Shown piece by piece: positions 41,401-51,106 of a DNA stretch of 64,000 nt. Source of the stretch: Laetmonice hystrix (lineage: Eukaryota); assembly GCA_965235115.1 (NCBI GenBank), contig OZ249436.1:44952001-45016000 (forward strand). Reading direction: 5' to 3'. The stretch's first letter is position 1. Each line of letters begins with the position of its first letter. Under the pieces are notes generated by a model, which saw nothing but the letters and a program-made list of their open reading frames with translations, did not search any database and was not told the origin of the DNA. The translations under genes were made by a program, and so were the position numbers.

Positions 41401-44400
41401 ATGCCGGAAATGGATTGCTCACCATCAAATTAGTCGAAAATGATCTCTCACACATGAATACGGAAACTAGCAAAAACAGTTGTATTTTCACCATGGTTGA
41501 TAGCGGCCATCTTGGATTTGATGGTGACCTCAAATTGGGTAAATGAGGCCGGAAATGGATTTCTCACCATCAAATTAGTCGAAAATGATCTCTCGCACAC
41601 AAATAGGCCAAGATACGAAAAATAGTGAAAAGGTGGTATTTTCACTATGGTTAATGGCGGCCATCTTGGATTCAAAGGTCAAAGTGACCTCAAATCGAAC
41701 AACTGAGGCCGGAAATGGATTCGTCACCATCAAGTTAGTCGGAAATGACCCCTCTTACATGGATATATGACAACTAGCAAAAAAGTTGTATTTTCACTAT
41801 GGTTGATGGCGGCCATCTTGGTTTTCGGCCTATTACGGCCAAACGCGACCTAGGATCAATGGGGACTTTTAGGAGGGTAAAATATGGCTATGAACGGGTC
41901 CCTGTGCCAAATTTCAGCTGTGACACCCAAATTTCTACCTTACCCCCCTATACGACCTAAAATGACCAGTCTATGTATCTACGGTCCCTCTCCGCACACA
42001 GAAACCTACCCATCACTGTATCTACGGTCCCTCTCCGCACACAGAAACCTACCCATCACTGTATCTGCGGTCCCTCTCCGCACACAGAAACCTACCCATC
42101 ACTGTATCTGCGGTCCCTCTCCGCACACAGAAACCTACCCATCCCTGTATCTACGGTCCCTCTCCGCACACAGAAACCTACCCATCACTGTATCTACGGT
42201 CCCTCTCCGCACACAGAAACCTACCCATCACTGTATCTACGGTCCCTCTCCGCACACAGAAACCTACCCATCACTGTATCTGCGGTCCCTCTCCGCACAC
42301 AGAAACCTACCCATCCCTGTATCTGCGGTCCCTCTCCGCACACAGAAACCTACCCATCACTGCATCTGCGGTCCCTCTCCGCACACAGAAACCTACCCAT
42401 CACTGTATCTGCGGTCCCTCTCCGCACACAGAAACCTACCCATCACTGTATCTGCGGTCCCTCTCCGCACACAGAAACCTACCCATCCCTGTATCTACGG
42501 TCCCTCTCCGCACACAGAAACCTACCCATCACTGTATCTACGGTCCCTCTCCGCACACAGAAACCTACCCATCACTGTATCTACGGTCCCTCTCCGCACA
42601 CAGAAACCTACCCATCACTGTATATCTACGGTCCCTCTCCGCACACAGAAACCTACCCATCACTGTATCTACGGCCCCTCTCCGCACACAGAAACCTACC
42701 CATCACTGTATCTGCGGTCCCTCTCCGCACACAGAAACCTACCCATCACTGTATATCTACGGTCCCTCTCCGCACACAGAAACCTACCCATCACTGTATA
42801 TCTACGGTCCCTCTCCGCACACAGAAACCTACCCATCACTGTATCTACGGCCCCTCTCCGCACACGGAAACCTACCCATCACTGTATCTGCGGTCCCTCT
42901 CTGCACACAGAAACCTACCCATCACTGTATCTGCGGTCCCTCTCCGCACACAGAAACCTATCCATCACTGTATCTACGGCCCCTCTCCGCACACAGAAAC
43001 CTACCCATCACTGTATCTACGGTCCCTCTCCGCACACAGAAACCTACCCATCACTGTATCTACGGTCCCTCTCCCCAGACAGAAACCTACCCATCACTGT
43101 ATCTGCGGTCCCTCTCCGCACACAGAAACCTACCCATCACTGTATCTACGGTCCCTCTCCGCACACAGAAACCTACCTATCACTGTATATCTGCGGTCCC
43201 TCTCCCCAGACAGAAACCTTCCCATCATTGTATCTACGGTCCCTCTCCGCACACAAAAACCTACCCATCACTGTATCTGCGGTCCCTCTCCGCACACAGA
43301 AACCTACCCATCACTGTATATCTGCGGTCCCTCTCCACAGACAGAAACCTACCCATCACTGTATATCTGCGGTCCCTCTCCGCACACAGAAACCTACCCA
43401 TCACTGTATCTGCGGTCCCTCTCCCCAGACAGAAACCTACCCATCACTGTATCTGCGGCCCCTCTCCCCAGACAGAAACCTACCCATCTACGGTCCCTCT
43501 CCGCACACAGAAACCTACCCATCACTGTATCTGCGGTCCCTTACCGCACACAGAAACCTACCCATCACTGTATCTACGGTCCCTCTCCGCACACAGAAAC
43601 CTACCCATCACTGTATATCTACGGTCCCTCTCCGCACACAGAAACCTACCCATCATTGTATCTACGGCCCCTCTCCGCACACAGAAACCTACCCATCACT
43701 GTATATCTACGGTCCCTCTCCGCACACAGAAACCTACCCATCACTGTCTGCGGCCCCTCACCGCACACAGAAACCTACCCATCACTGTATCTGCGGCCCC
43801 TCACCGCACACAGAAACCTACCCATCACTGTATCTGCGGTCCCTCTCCGCACACAGAAACCTACCCATCACTGTATCTGCGGTCCCTCTCCGCACACAGA
43901 AACCTACCCATCACTGTATCTACGGCCCCTCTCCGCACACAGAAACCTACCCATCACTGTATCTGCGGTCCCTCTCCGCACACAGAAACCTACCCATCAC
44001 TGTATATCTACGGTCCCTCTCCGCACACAGAAACCTACCCATCACTGTATATCTACGGTCCCTCTCCGCACACAGAAACCTACCCATCACTGTATCTACG
44101 GCCCCTCTCCGCACACGGAAACCTACCCATCACTGTATCTGCGGTCCCTCTCCGCACACAGAAACCTACCCATCACTGTATCTGCGGTCCCTCTCCGCAC
44201 ACAGAAACCTATCCATCACTGTATCTACGGCCCCTCTCCGCACACAGAAACCTACCCATCACTGTATCTACGGTCCCTCTCCGCACACAGAAACCTACCC
44301 ATCACTGTATCTACGGTCCCTCTCCCCAGACAGAAACCTACCCATCACTGTATCTGCGGTCCCTCTCCGCACACAGAAACCTACCCATCACTGTATCTAC

Positions 44401-47400
44401 GGTCCCTCTCCGCACACAGAAACCTACCTATCACTGTATATCTGCGGTCCCTCTCCCCAGACAGAAACCTACCCATCATTGTATCTACGGCCCCTCTCCG
44501 CACACAGAAACCTACCCATCACTGTATATCTACGGTCCCTCTCCGCACACAGAAACCTACCCATCACTGTCTGCGGCCCCTCACCGCACACAGAAACCTA
44601 CCCATCACTGTATCTGCGGCCCCTCACCGCACACAGAAACCTACCCATCACTGTATCTGCGGTCCCTCTCCGCACACAGAAACCTACCCATCACTGTATC
44701 TGCGGTCCCTCTCCGCACACAGAAACCTACCCATCACTGTATCTACGGTCCCTCTCCGCACACAGAAACCTACCCATCCCTGTATATCTGCGGTCCCTCT
44801 CCGCACACAGAAACCTACCCATCACTGTATCTGCGGTCCCTCTCCGCACACAGAAACCTACCCATCACTGTATCTGCGGTCCCTCTCTGCAGACAGCAGT
44901 TGCCGAGCAGGTATAGAGGAACGCCGAGCAGGAACAAGCCGACACCAATGGAAGTTGTCACCGGTGACTTGTAGAACGATAAAACCACTAGGGCTGCCAT
45001 GATGACAGTTGTGCCGACTGCCACAACCATATTAACCTGTTTAGAAGCCAACGTGAAAATCACATTAATTAGGAATGCCTCTACACATAATAAAATAGTA
45101 GAAACGTCAGATCCACTGCAGATTGAACATACATGTATACAACTCTTAAGGCAATAAAAATATATGAATGCATTAAAGTTCTGTACACGATTCTATTGAA
45201 TGTTATTGTAAATCATTAATTGAAAGGAATGAAAAGCAATTTAATTATTCAGCATTTCGTGTAATACCAAATGCATAGTCATCAGCAATGCCAACTCTAT
45301 TATACAGGTCTATATTGACTGCATGTTGAAACTACGTATAAATTCATAGAAATAAACTTGGTTGATTGATTGAAGTTGTACTAGACGTGTGGCATGGAAT
45401 TCAGGATGCATTCGTTAAAATTGAATATTCGGCAATGGTCCTTTAAAGCCTGTAACAGTTCATAAGTTGCCACTCTTGCAAATCGTTAAATAAGATTAAA
45501 GTGCGCCAGTACGGCGAGAGTGAATCAGACTTTTCTAAACCTAGCATTGTAAGGATGGTTGATTAAGAATGATAGGATTAGAACAAGGTTTTAACGAGCT
45601 GTGATTGTACGTTTTGATCAAGATTACTCAGAAATTGGCACAAGGCTTCTAACAGTTCTAACAATCTTGGTGGAGCTACGTGGAATGCTCGAAACACGGT
45701 TGGAAATACAGATGGCTAGACAGATGGCTGGACAGGTGGCTAAACAGATAAAGGCCTACCTTAACTGGCCTATGTATGTTTGGCTTTTTCCAACGCAGGT
45801 AGAAAAGAGCTGCCAGGGCCATCATCATCTTGACTTGTACTGTAAGTGAGGCGTATTCTTGAAGCACTTGTAGGTCCGTTACAACCGTGTATAGAAGCGC
45901 AATTATACACTGAAAAATTATACACTGAAAATTATACACTCTAAATTATACACTGAAAATTATACACTGAAAAATATACACTGAAAAATATACACTGAAA
46001 ATTATACACTGAAAATTATACACTGAAAATTATGTTTTGTGGGGGGGGGGGGGTTATAGATCGGATCGGTCTATCTGAGGAAACTAAACTGTGTCGGGTG
46101 GAGGAAGGAAAGTTGGAACCTTTTACAGAGAGGTCACACCACCAGGGGGCACCACCAGGTCACACCACCAGGTGGCACCACCAGTCTGTGTGTTCGCAAT
46201 GCTCTGCAATGCTGTAGATGAGGCGATAATTCAAGAATGGGAATTTTCGCAATGATTTCAATATAATATTATTACCGCTTGTCGCAATAGGAAATTTATT
46301 CGTAAGAAGTAGATGGGGGTTAAAGCAATAATGTCACCCTATTCATAGGCGTAGGAACCGGGGGGGCAGGGGGGCGTCAGCCCCCCCCCCCCAATATCAA
46401 AAGTGGGGGGGGGGGGCTGAAGTGTGTTTCAGCCCCCCCCCCCCCCCAACATTTGCGTGTTTTCTTGGTCGAGGCGGGTTTCATGCCGATTTTCTATGAC
46501 GCATAAAAATGATGGAATTTTGTTGATAGATTTGAGAGAGATTTTTGCTCGGAGATGCTCAGAAAACGCATCTCGGGCATTCCTAAAAAAATTCTGGGGG
46601 AGGGCCCCCAGGCCCCCCGCCACGGCCCGCCTACGGTGGGCATGGATTATCACCCCAACCTTCAGCCCCCCCAACCAAAAAGAGCTTCCTACGCCTATGC
46701 TATTTCATTCCGCGGGACTACTAACGCCATCTGACGACGTAGGTTTCCAATTACAATCGTCATTAGCTTGACAAGGCAAGGCAATATTTTGCCGCTTCTT
46801 ATTAAGATGGGACTGAGATTTATGAAAACACACTGATGTAAAGTAATTTTACCAGCATGGCGATGGCCAACATTGGCGTGTAGAATCGTATGTGAATCAT
46901 TGAGAACATCTGTGGAAGTTGACGGTATCTTCCTGCGGCAAACAGGTATCTACAAAATAATATCACTGGCGTAAAAAAAGTTTTAAAACATGTTTTTAAT
47001 CGGTATAAAAGCGGAAAAGATCGGGTAAAAATGAAAAAATGTTTGTAAATTTTCACCTGGAGTTGGAGAGGAAGTCGCCGTTGACAGTACCCATACAAGA
47101 CAGCCACACAGAAATAGGGATAATCCACTTGGCCGATCCCAGAGTCCGGTCGGCGAATGTCTGAGGGAGGATTATCTACACCTTTAATATGCACAGCTGA
47201 GTGAGCCAATTATAATATTCCAATAAAGTAATTGTATGCGTCTACAGTTTACCTCACCTTTAATATGCACAGCTGAGTGATCTAATTATAATATTCCAAT
47301 AAAGTAATTGTATGCGTCTACAGTAACTACCTCACCTTTAATATGCACAGCTGAGTGAGCCAATTATAATATTCCAATAAAGTAATTGTATGCGTCTACA

Positions 47401-50400
47401 GTAACTACCTCACCTTTAATATGCACAGCTGAGTGAGCCAATTATAATATTCCAATAAAGTAATTGTATGCGTCTACAGTAACTACCTCACCTTTAATAT
47501 GCACAGCTGAGTGATCCAATTATAATATTCCAATAAAGTAATTGTATGCGTCTACAGTAACTACCTCACCTTTAATATGCACAGCTGAGTGATCTAATTA
47601 TAATATTCCAATAAAGTAATTGTATGCGTCTACAGTAACTACCTCACCTTTAATATGCACAGCTGAGTGAGCCAATTATAATATTCCAATAAAGTAATTG
47701 TATGCGTCTACAGTAACTACCTCACCTTTAATATGCACAGCTGAGGGATCTAATTATAATATTCCAATAAAGTAATTGTATGCGTCTACAGTAACTACCT
47801 CACCTTTAATATGCACAGCTGAGGGATCCAATTATAATATTCCAATAAAGTAATTGTATGCGTCTACAGTTTACTTCACCCTTGCCCAAGTCCCTGGAGG
47901 TTGAGGGAGAACAAAAGTCGTAGGTCTAAAGCCGTTGTCTTTCCTTTCCTTTGACGAACAAAGTACAAATATCGAGGCCCTATCATGCGCCCCTCGCCCC
48001 TTCCCGTTTAAAACTCGTTCCACTATACTCAAATATACATGACATATCGAGTGAGACTAACTGTAGACTGAGGTTTATAGGCGTCTGAATAGGGCAGCAA
48101 GGGCCCCCGGGGCCGTGCGCAGGGTTTTTGAGGGGGGGGGGGCTGCCGGCGAATTTTGAAATTTACCTTCAATGCAAACCCTATAGCCTACTTGATTTGG
48201 ACGGGGAGGGGGGGGGGGGTTACTGCCCATAATGTGCCCACCAATTACAACTTTACGCACGAGAGCGACGGCGTCCGATTCGATGAGCTCGGCTGGACTG
48301 AGAACGGTGAAGTAAGACACGTTGGTGAGGACGTAGACAGCCGTGACGAGTATCATGGCCACCCAGACAGCTCGTGGCAAGTCTCTGTATGGATCGATAG
48401 AGGGCAGCAATGGTCAGACACGGACAACACGGCCGTGTACGGACGGACAGAGGGCAGCACCAGTCAGACACGGACAACACGCCCGACAGAGGGCAGCACC
48501 AGTCAGACACGGGCAACACGCCCGACAGAGGGCAGCACCAGTCAGACACGGGCAACTCGTCCGACAGAGGGCAGCACCAGTCAGACACGGACAACACGGC
48601 CGTGTACGGACGGACAGAGGGCAGCACCAGTCAGACACGGACAACACGGCCGTGTACGGACGGACAGAGGGCAGCACCAGTCAGACACGGACAACACGGC
48701 CGTGTACGGACGGACAGAGGGCAGCACCAGTTAGACACGGACAACACGGCCGTGTACGGATCGACAGGGGGTAGCACCAGTCAGACACGGACAACACGGC
48801 CGTGTACGGACGGACAGAGGGCAGCACCAGTCAGACACGGACAAGATGGCCGTGTACGGACGGACAGAGGGCAGCACCAGTCAGACACGGACAACACGCC
48901 CAACAGAGGGCAGCACCAGTCAGACACGGACAAGATGTGAACGCCAGATGTTATTATAACCTAAAGTAAGTAGTACTGTATCCTCGTCTCGATTTTAAAA
49001 TGTTTTAATATAAGTTGTGTTTATGGAGAGATACAGCCACTCATGTGTTGTAGGCCTAATATGATGATCTCGAAACATGCACGAAATACATGTAGATGTT
49101 CTCAAAGTTACCATTGAGATCAGCTGAACTTATCCTCTTCGGAATATAGATATAGATTCTAGAACATAATGTTTCCTTTATAGAATAAATGGACTTCATT
49201 TCTGACTACCTTTTTGGGTTGACCATCTCTTCTGGTAAAGCCATCACCAGTTCCCTGAAACCAAAGGAAATCCTAGTTATGTACGTGGACCTAAAACTAA
49301 AACTAAAACAACAGCAGCAGTAACAACAAAAGCAACAGCAACAATAAAAACAACAGCAACAACAAAAAGGAGCCTGTTCTTCAACCTCATTTTTCCCTAC
49401 CTTTAAATTCAAGTTTAAAGATCAGCATAATTTTCAGGCGTAGTTGCTTACCATCCCTTATAAGCAAAGTATCCATCCAGAACGGAGAGGGCAATGAGGC
49501 CTGGGTCTGTGGACGAACCTTCAAAAGAATTCTGGAAGTTCGAAGTAAACCCTGAAAATGGATAATCGCTTAAGTTCAGGCCAGTTTAAATCGAGTTATA
49601 TGAAGTGTTGCTTTATTCATGGTGGTTTGCTTAGGGTGAAAACCTACAAGCCGTCCCCCCTTCTGTGTGTGTCCGTGAGTCCGCCCTTTCCAAATGACTC
49701 ACAGTGTCAATGGCAGAATGGATCAGCACTTTCCAGATGACTCACAGTGTCAATGGCAGAATGGATCAGCACTTTCCAGGTGACTCACAGTGCCAATGGC
49801 AGAATGGATCGGCACTTTCCAGGTGACTCAGTGCCAATGGCAGAATGGATCAGCACTTTCCAGCTGACTCACAGTGTCAATGGCAGAATGGATCAGCACA
49901 TTCCATGTGACTTACAGTGCCAATGGCAGAATGAATCTGCACTCTCCATGTACCGGAGGAAAAACCAGTGCTTCGTTAGTATTCCCCACTCAAAAGTGAA
50001 GCTTTACGTTTATGTTGAAAAAAAGATGTTAAGTTCTGTAAAAATTGGATCCAGCCAATAAAGCCCAAAGATATCTTTGAAAACCTCACTGGAGCCAAGT
50101 GCGAGGTTTTTATTGAAACACTCGCTCTCTCCCCATCCAGACGACACTAGTCCAAAAGACATCTTTGGCAAAGATATCTTTGGCAAAGATATCTTTTGAT
50201 ATTGAAACGCTTTAAGTTCTTCTTGCTCACCTTGCGCTAGATTCACTATGCCAACCACAATCACGACACCCAGAGCGAGTAACTTGGCGATGGTGAAAAA
50301 AGTATGGATCCGCGTGCCCCATTTGGCGCTAATTGCGTTGATGGTTGCCAAGGTAACTGTATATAATTGGAAACAAGATAATCATACATTTCAAGGAAGA

Positions 50401-51106
50401 CAATAGGCATCTCTTATTGCAATGTAATTTGTATTTCAGTTGACCAACTCTAATGTTTACTTAGACTGGGGCATGTTCCCAGTGTGACCCACGGAATACA
50501 AGTATAAATCTGTGGTTTTATACGTCTAGATCCTCCCTCATCCTACCATTCACAGACTACCTCTTCCTCACCAATAAAGAATATCGCTAATAGAGTGAGG
50601 AGGGACACTTGGCAGTCAAGTCCCAGAGGTTGTATTAGGTAGAGTGCTCCCGTCCTGGCGATCACGGCACAGCTACTGGAGGCGATGATAGCCACGTGTA
50701 TCCAGCAACACATGAAGGCTGGTAAAGGTCCAAGGATGTAATATATGAAGGCATAGTCTCCGCCAGCTTTAGGTATCACCGTACCCAGCTCAGCGTAACA
50801 CAGCGCCTGCGCTAAATTATACAGCCCAGTCACGGCCCAGATGAGGAGAGACGCCCCCACTGACCCGATGTTCTGTGTGACTCCTTTTGGAGAAACGAAA
50901 ATCCCGGATCCGATAACATTTCCAACAATAATGGCCACGGCGTATGGGAAAGTTATGTGACGTTTTAGTTTGACAACACTTTGCGAGGATGATGAGGATC
51001 TTCTTGACCTGTCGTGTGATGCTGAGCGGGAAGTCGATTTACGGCTGGAGATAGAACTTTCGGGACTCCTTCCCAGGAGGGGTTCCCTCTCTGTGCCAGT
51101 ATCCAT
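38298..51106 (-). CDS. SLC7-family (LAT/HAT light-chain type) amino acid transporter, 10 coding exons, 524 aa
   Basis: join(complement) 50572-51106, 50231-50356, 49452-49551, 49210-49254, 48261-48384, 47057-47160, 46853-46949, 45760-45909, 44862-45036, 38298-38416. All introns are GT-AG with matching phases; total 1575 nt. Motifs: IGSGIFVSPKGV (TM1), CYAELGTVIPKAGGDY, QPLGLDC (heavy-chain Cys position), FAYxGW, EEMVNPKRDLP, TFADRTLG, RPVKV. Confidence 0.95.
38868..41973. mobile_element. Academ-type DNA transposon, non-autonomous foldback derivative
   Basis: Termini TAGACTGGTCATTTTAGG...CCTAAAATGACCAGTCTA; 3-bp TSD TGT reconstructable from the interrupted repeat unit; ~0.95-1.1 kb inverted arms; internal XPG-like nuclease and Cys-rich remnants. 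Confidence 0.85.
39833..40660 (-). pseudogene. C-terminal fragment of Academ transposase protein (XPG/FEN1-like nuclease + Cys8 finger)
   Basis: EADADVKIA, SRDTDILVILL, LHAFTGCDTTSA, PPT..H..RVY.Q..W, LDP..WGW, CDCKGGC..CSCRK..LCTPMCGQC; in-frame stop at 40173 and a frameshift near 40085. Confidence 0.85.
41974..44887. repeat. 43-bp minisatellite containing the exon-9 splice donor (remnant also at 38788-38867)
   Basis: ACGGTCCCTCTCCGCACACAGAAACCTACCCATCACTGTATCT x ~68; the last unit overlaps exon 9. Confidence 0.97.
44862..45036 (-). CDS. SLC7 coding exon 9
   Basis: AAACAG|GTT...ATGG|GTAGG; encodes VNMVVAVGTTVIMAALVVLSFYKSPVTTSIGVGLFLLGVPLYLLGNCCLQRGTADTVM. Confidence 0.9.
45760..45909 (-). 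CDS. SLC7 coding exon 8
   Basis: TTTCAG|TGT...AAG|GTAGG; encodes CIIALLYTVVTDLQVLQEYASLTVQVKMMMALAALFYLRWKKPNIHRPVK; an in-frame alternative acceptor lies 15 nt upstream. Confidence 0.9.
45901..46033. repeat. 14-bp repeat containing the exon-8 splice acceptor
   Basis: AATTATACACTGAA x ~9 (minus strand TTCAG|TGTATAATT). Confidence 0.95.
46344..46699. mobile_element. MITE in SLC7 intron 7 with 5-bp TSD
   Basis: Perfect 14-bp TIR CATAGGCGTAGGAA / TTCCTACGCCTATG; CTATT on both flanks. Confidence 0.85.
46853..46949 (-). CDS. SLC7 coding exon 7
   Basis: TTGTAG|ATAC...CTG|GTAAA; encodes RYLFAAGRYRQLPQMFSMIHIRFYTPMLAIAML. Confidence 0.92.
47057..47160 (-). CDS. SLC7 coding exon 6
   Basis: CCCTCAG|ACA...CCAG|GTGAA; encodes TFADRTLGSAKWIIPISVWLSCMGTVNGDFLSNSR. 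Confidence 0.92.
47179..47880. repeat. 78-bp minisatellite in SLC7 intron 5
   Basis: CACCTTTAATATGCACAGCTGAGTGAGCCAATTATAATATTCCAATAAAGTAATTGTATGCGTCTACAGTAACTACCT x ~9. Confidence 0.95.
48261..48384 (-). CDS. SLC7 coding exon 5
   Basis: ATACAG|AGAC...CTC|GTGCGT; encodes RDLPRAVWVAMILVTAVYVLTNVSYFTVLSPAELIESDAVAL. Confidence 0.93.
48386..48936. repeat. 50/39-bp minisatellite in SLC7 intron 4
   Basis: GACAGAGGGCAGCACCAGTCAGACACGGACAACACGGCCGTGTACGGACG x ~12. Confidence 0.95.
49210..49254 (-). CDS. SLC7 coding exon 4 (45 nt)
   Basis: TTTCAG|GGAA...AAAG|GTAGT; encodes (W)ELVMALPEEMVNPK(R). Confidence 0.9.
49452..49551 (-). CDS. SLC7 coding exon 3
   Basis: TTTCAG|GG...GATG|GTAAG; encodes GFTSNFQNSFEGSSTDPGLIALSVLDGYFAYKGW (not in ORF track). 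Confidence 0.92.
49686..49950. repeat. 43-bp minisatellite in SLC7 intron 2
   Basis: TGACTCACAGTGTCAATGGCAGAATGGATCAGCACTTTCCAGA x ~6. Confidence 0.9.
50231..50356 (-). CDS. SLC7 coding exon 2
   Basis: ACAG|TTACC...CAAG|GTGAG; encodes VTLATINAISAKWGTRIHTFFTIAKLLALGVVIVVGIVNLAQ. Confidence 0.92.
50572..51106 (-). CDS. SLC7 coding exon 1 (N-terminus, TM1-TM4 start)
   Basis: ATG at 51106; GNVIGSGIFVSPKGV and YAELGT motifs; donor ATTG|GTGAG, phase 1; acceptor TTCCAG just upstream (exon begins ~51124). Confidence 0.95.

Noticed and set aside
41884..45002. ~1010 aa plus-strand ORFs
   Set aside because: 43-bp repeat (not a multiple of 3), antisense to an SLC7 intron; no domain content.
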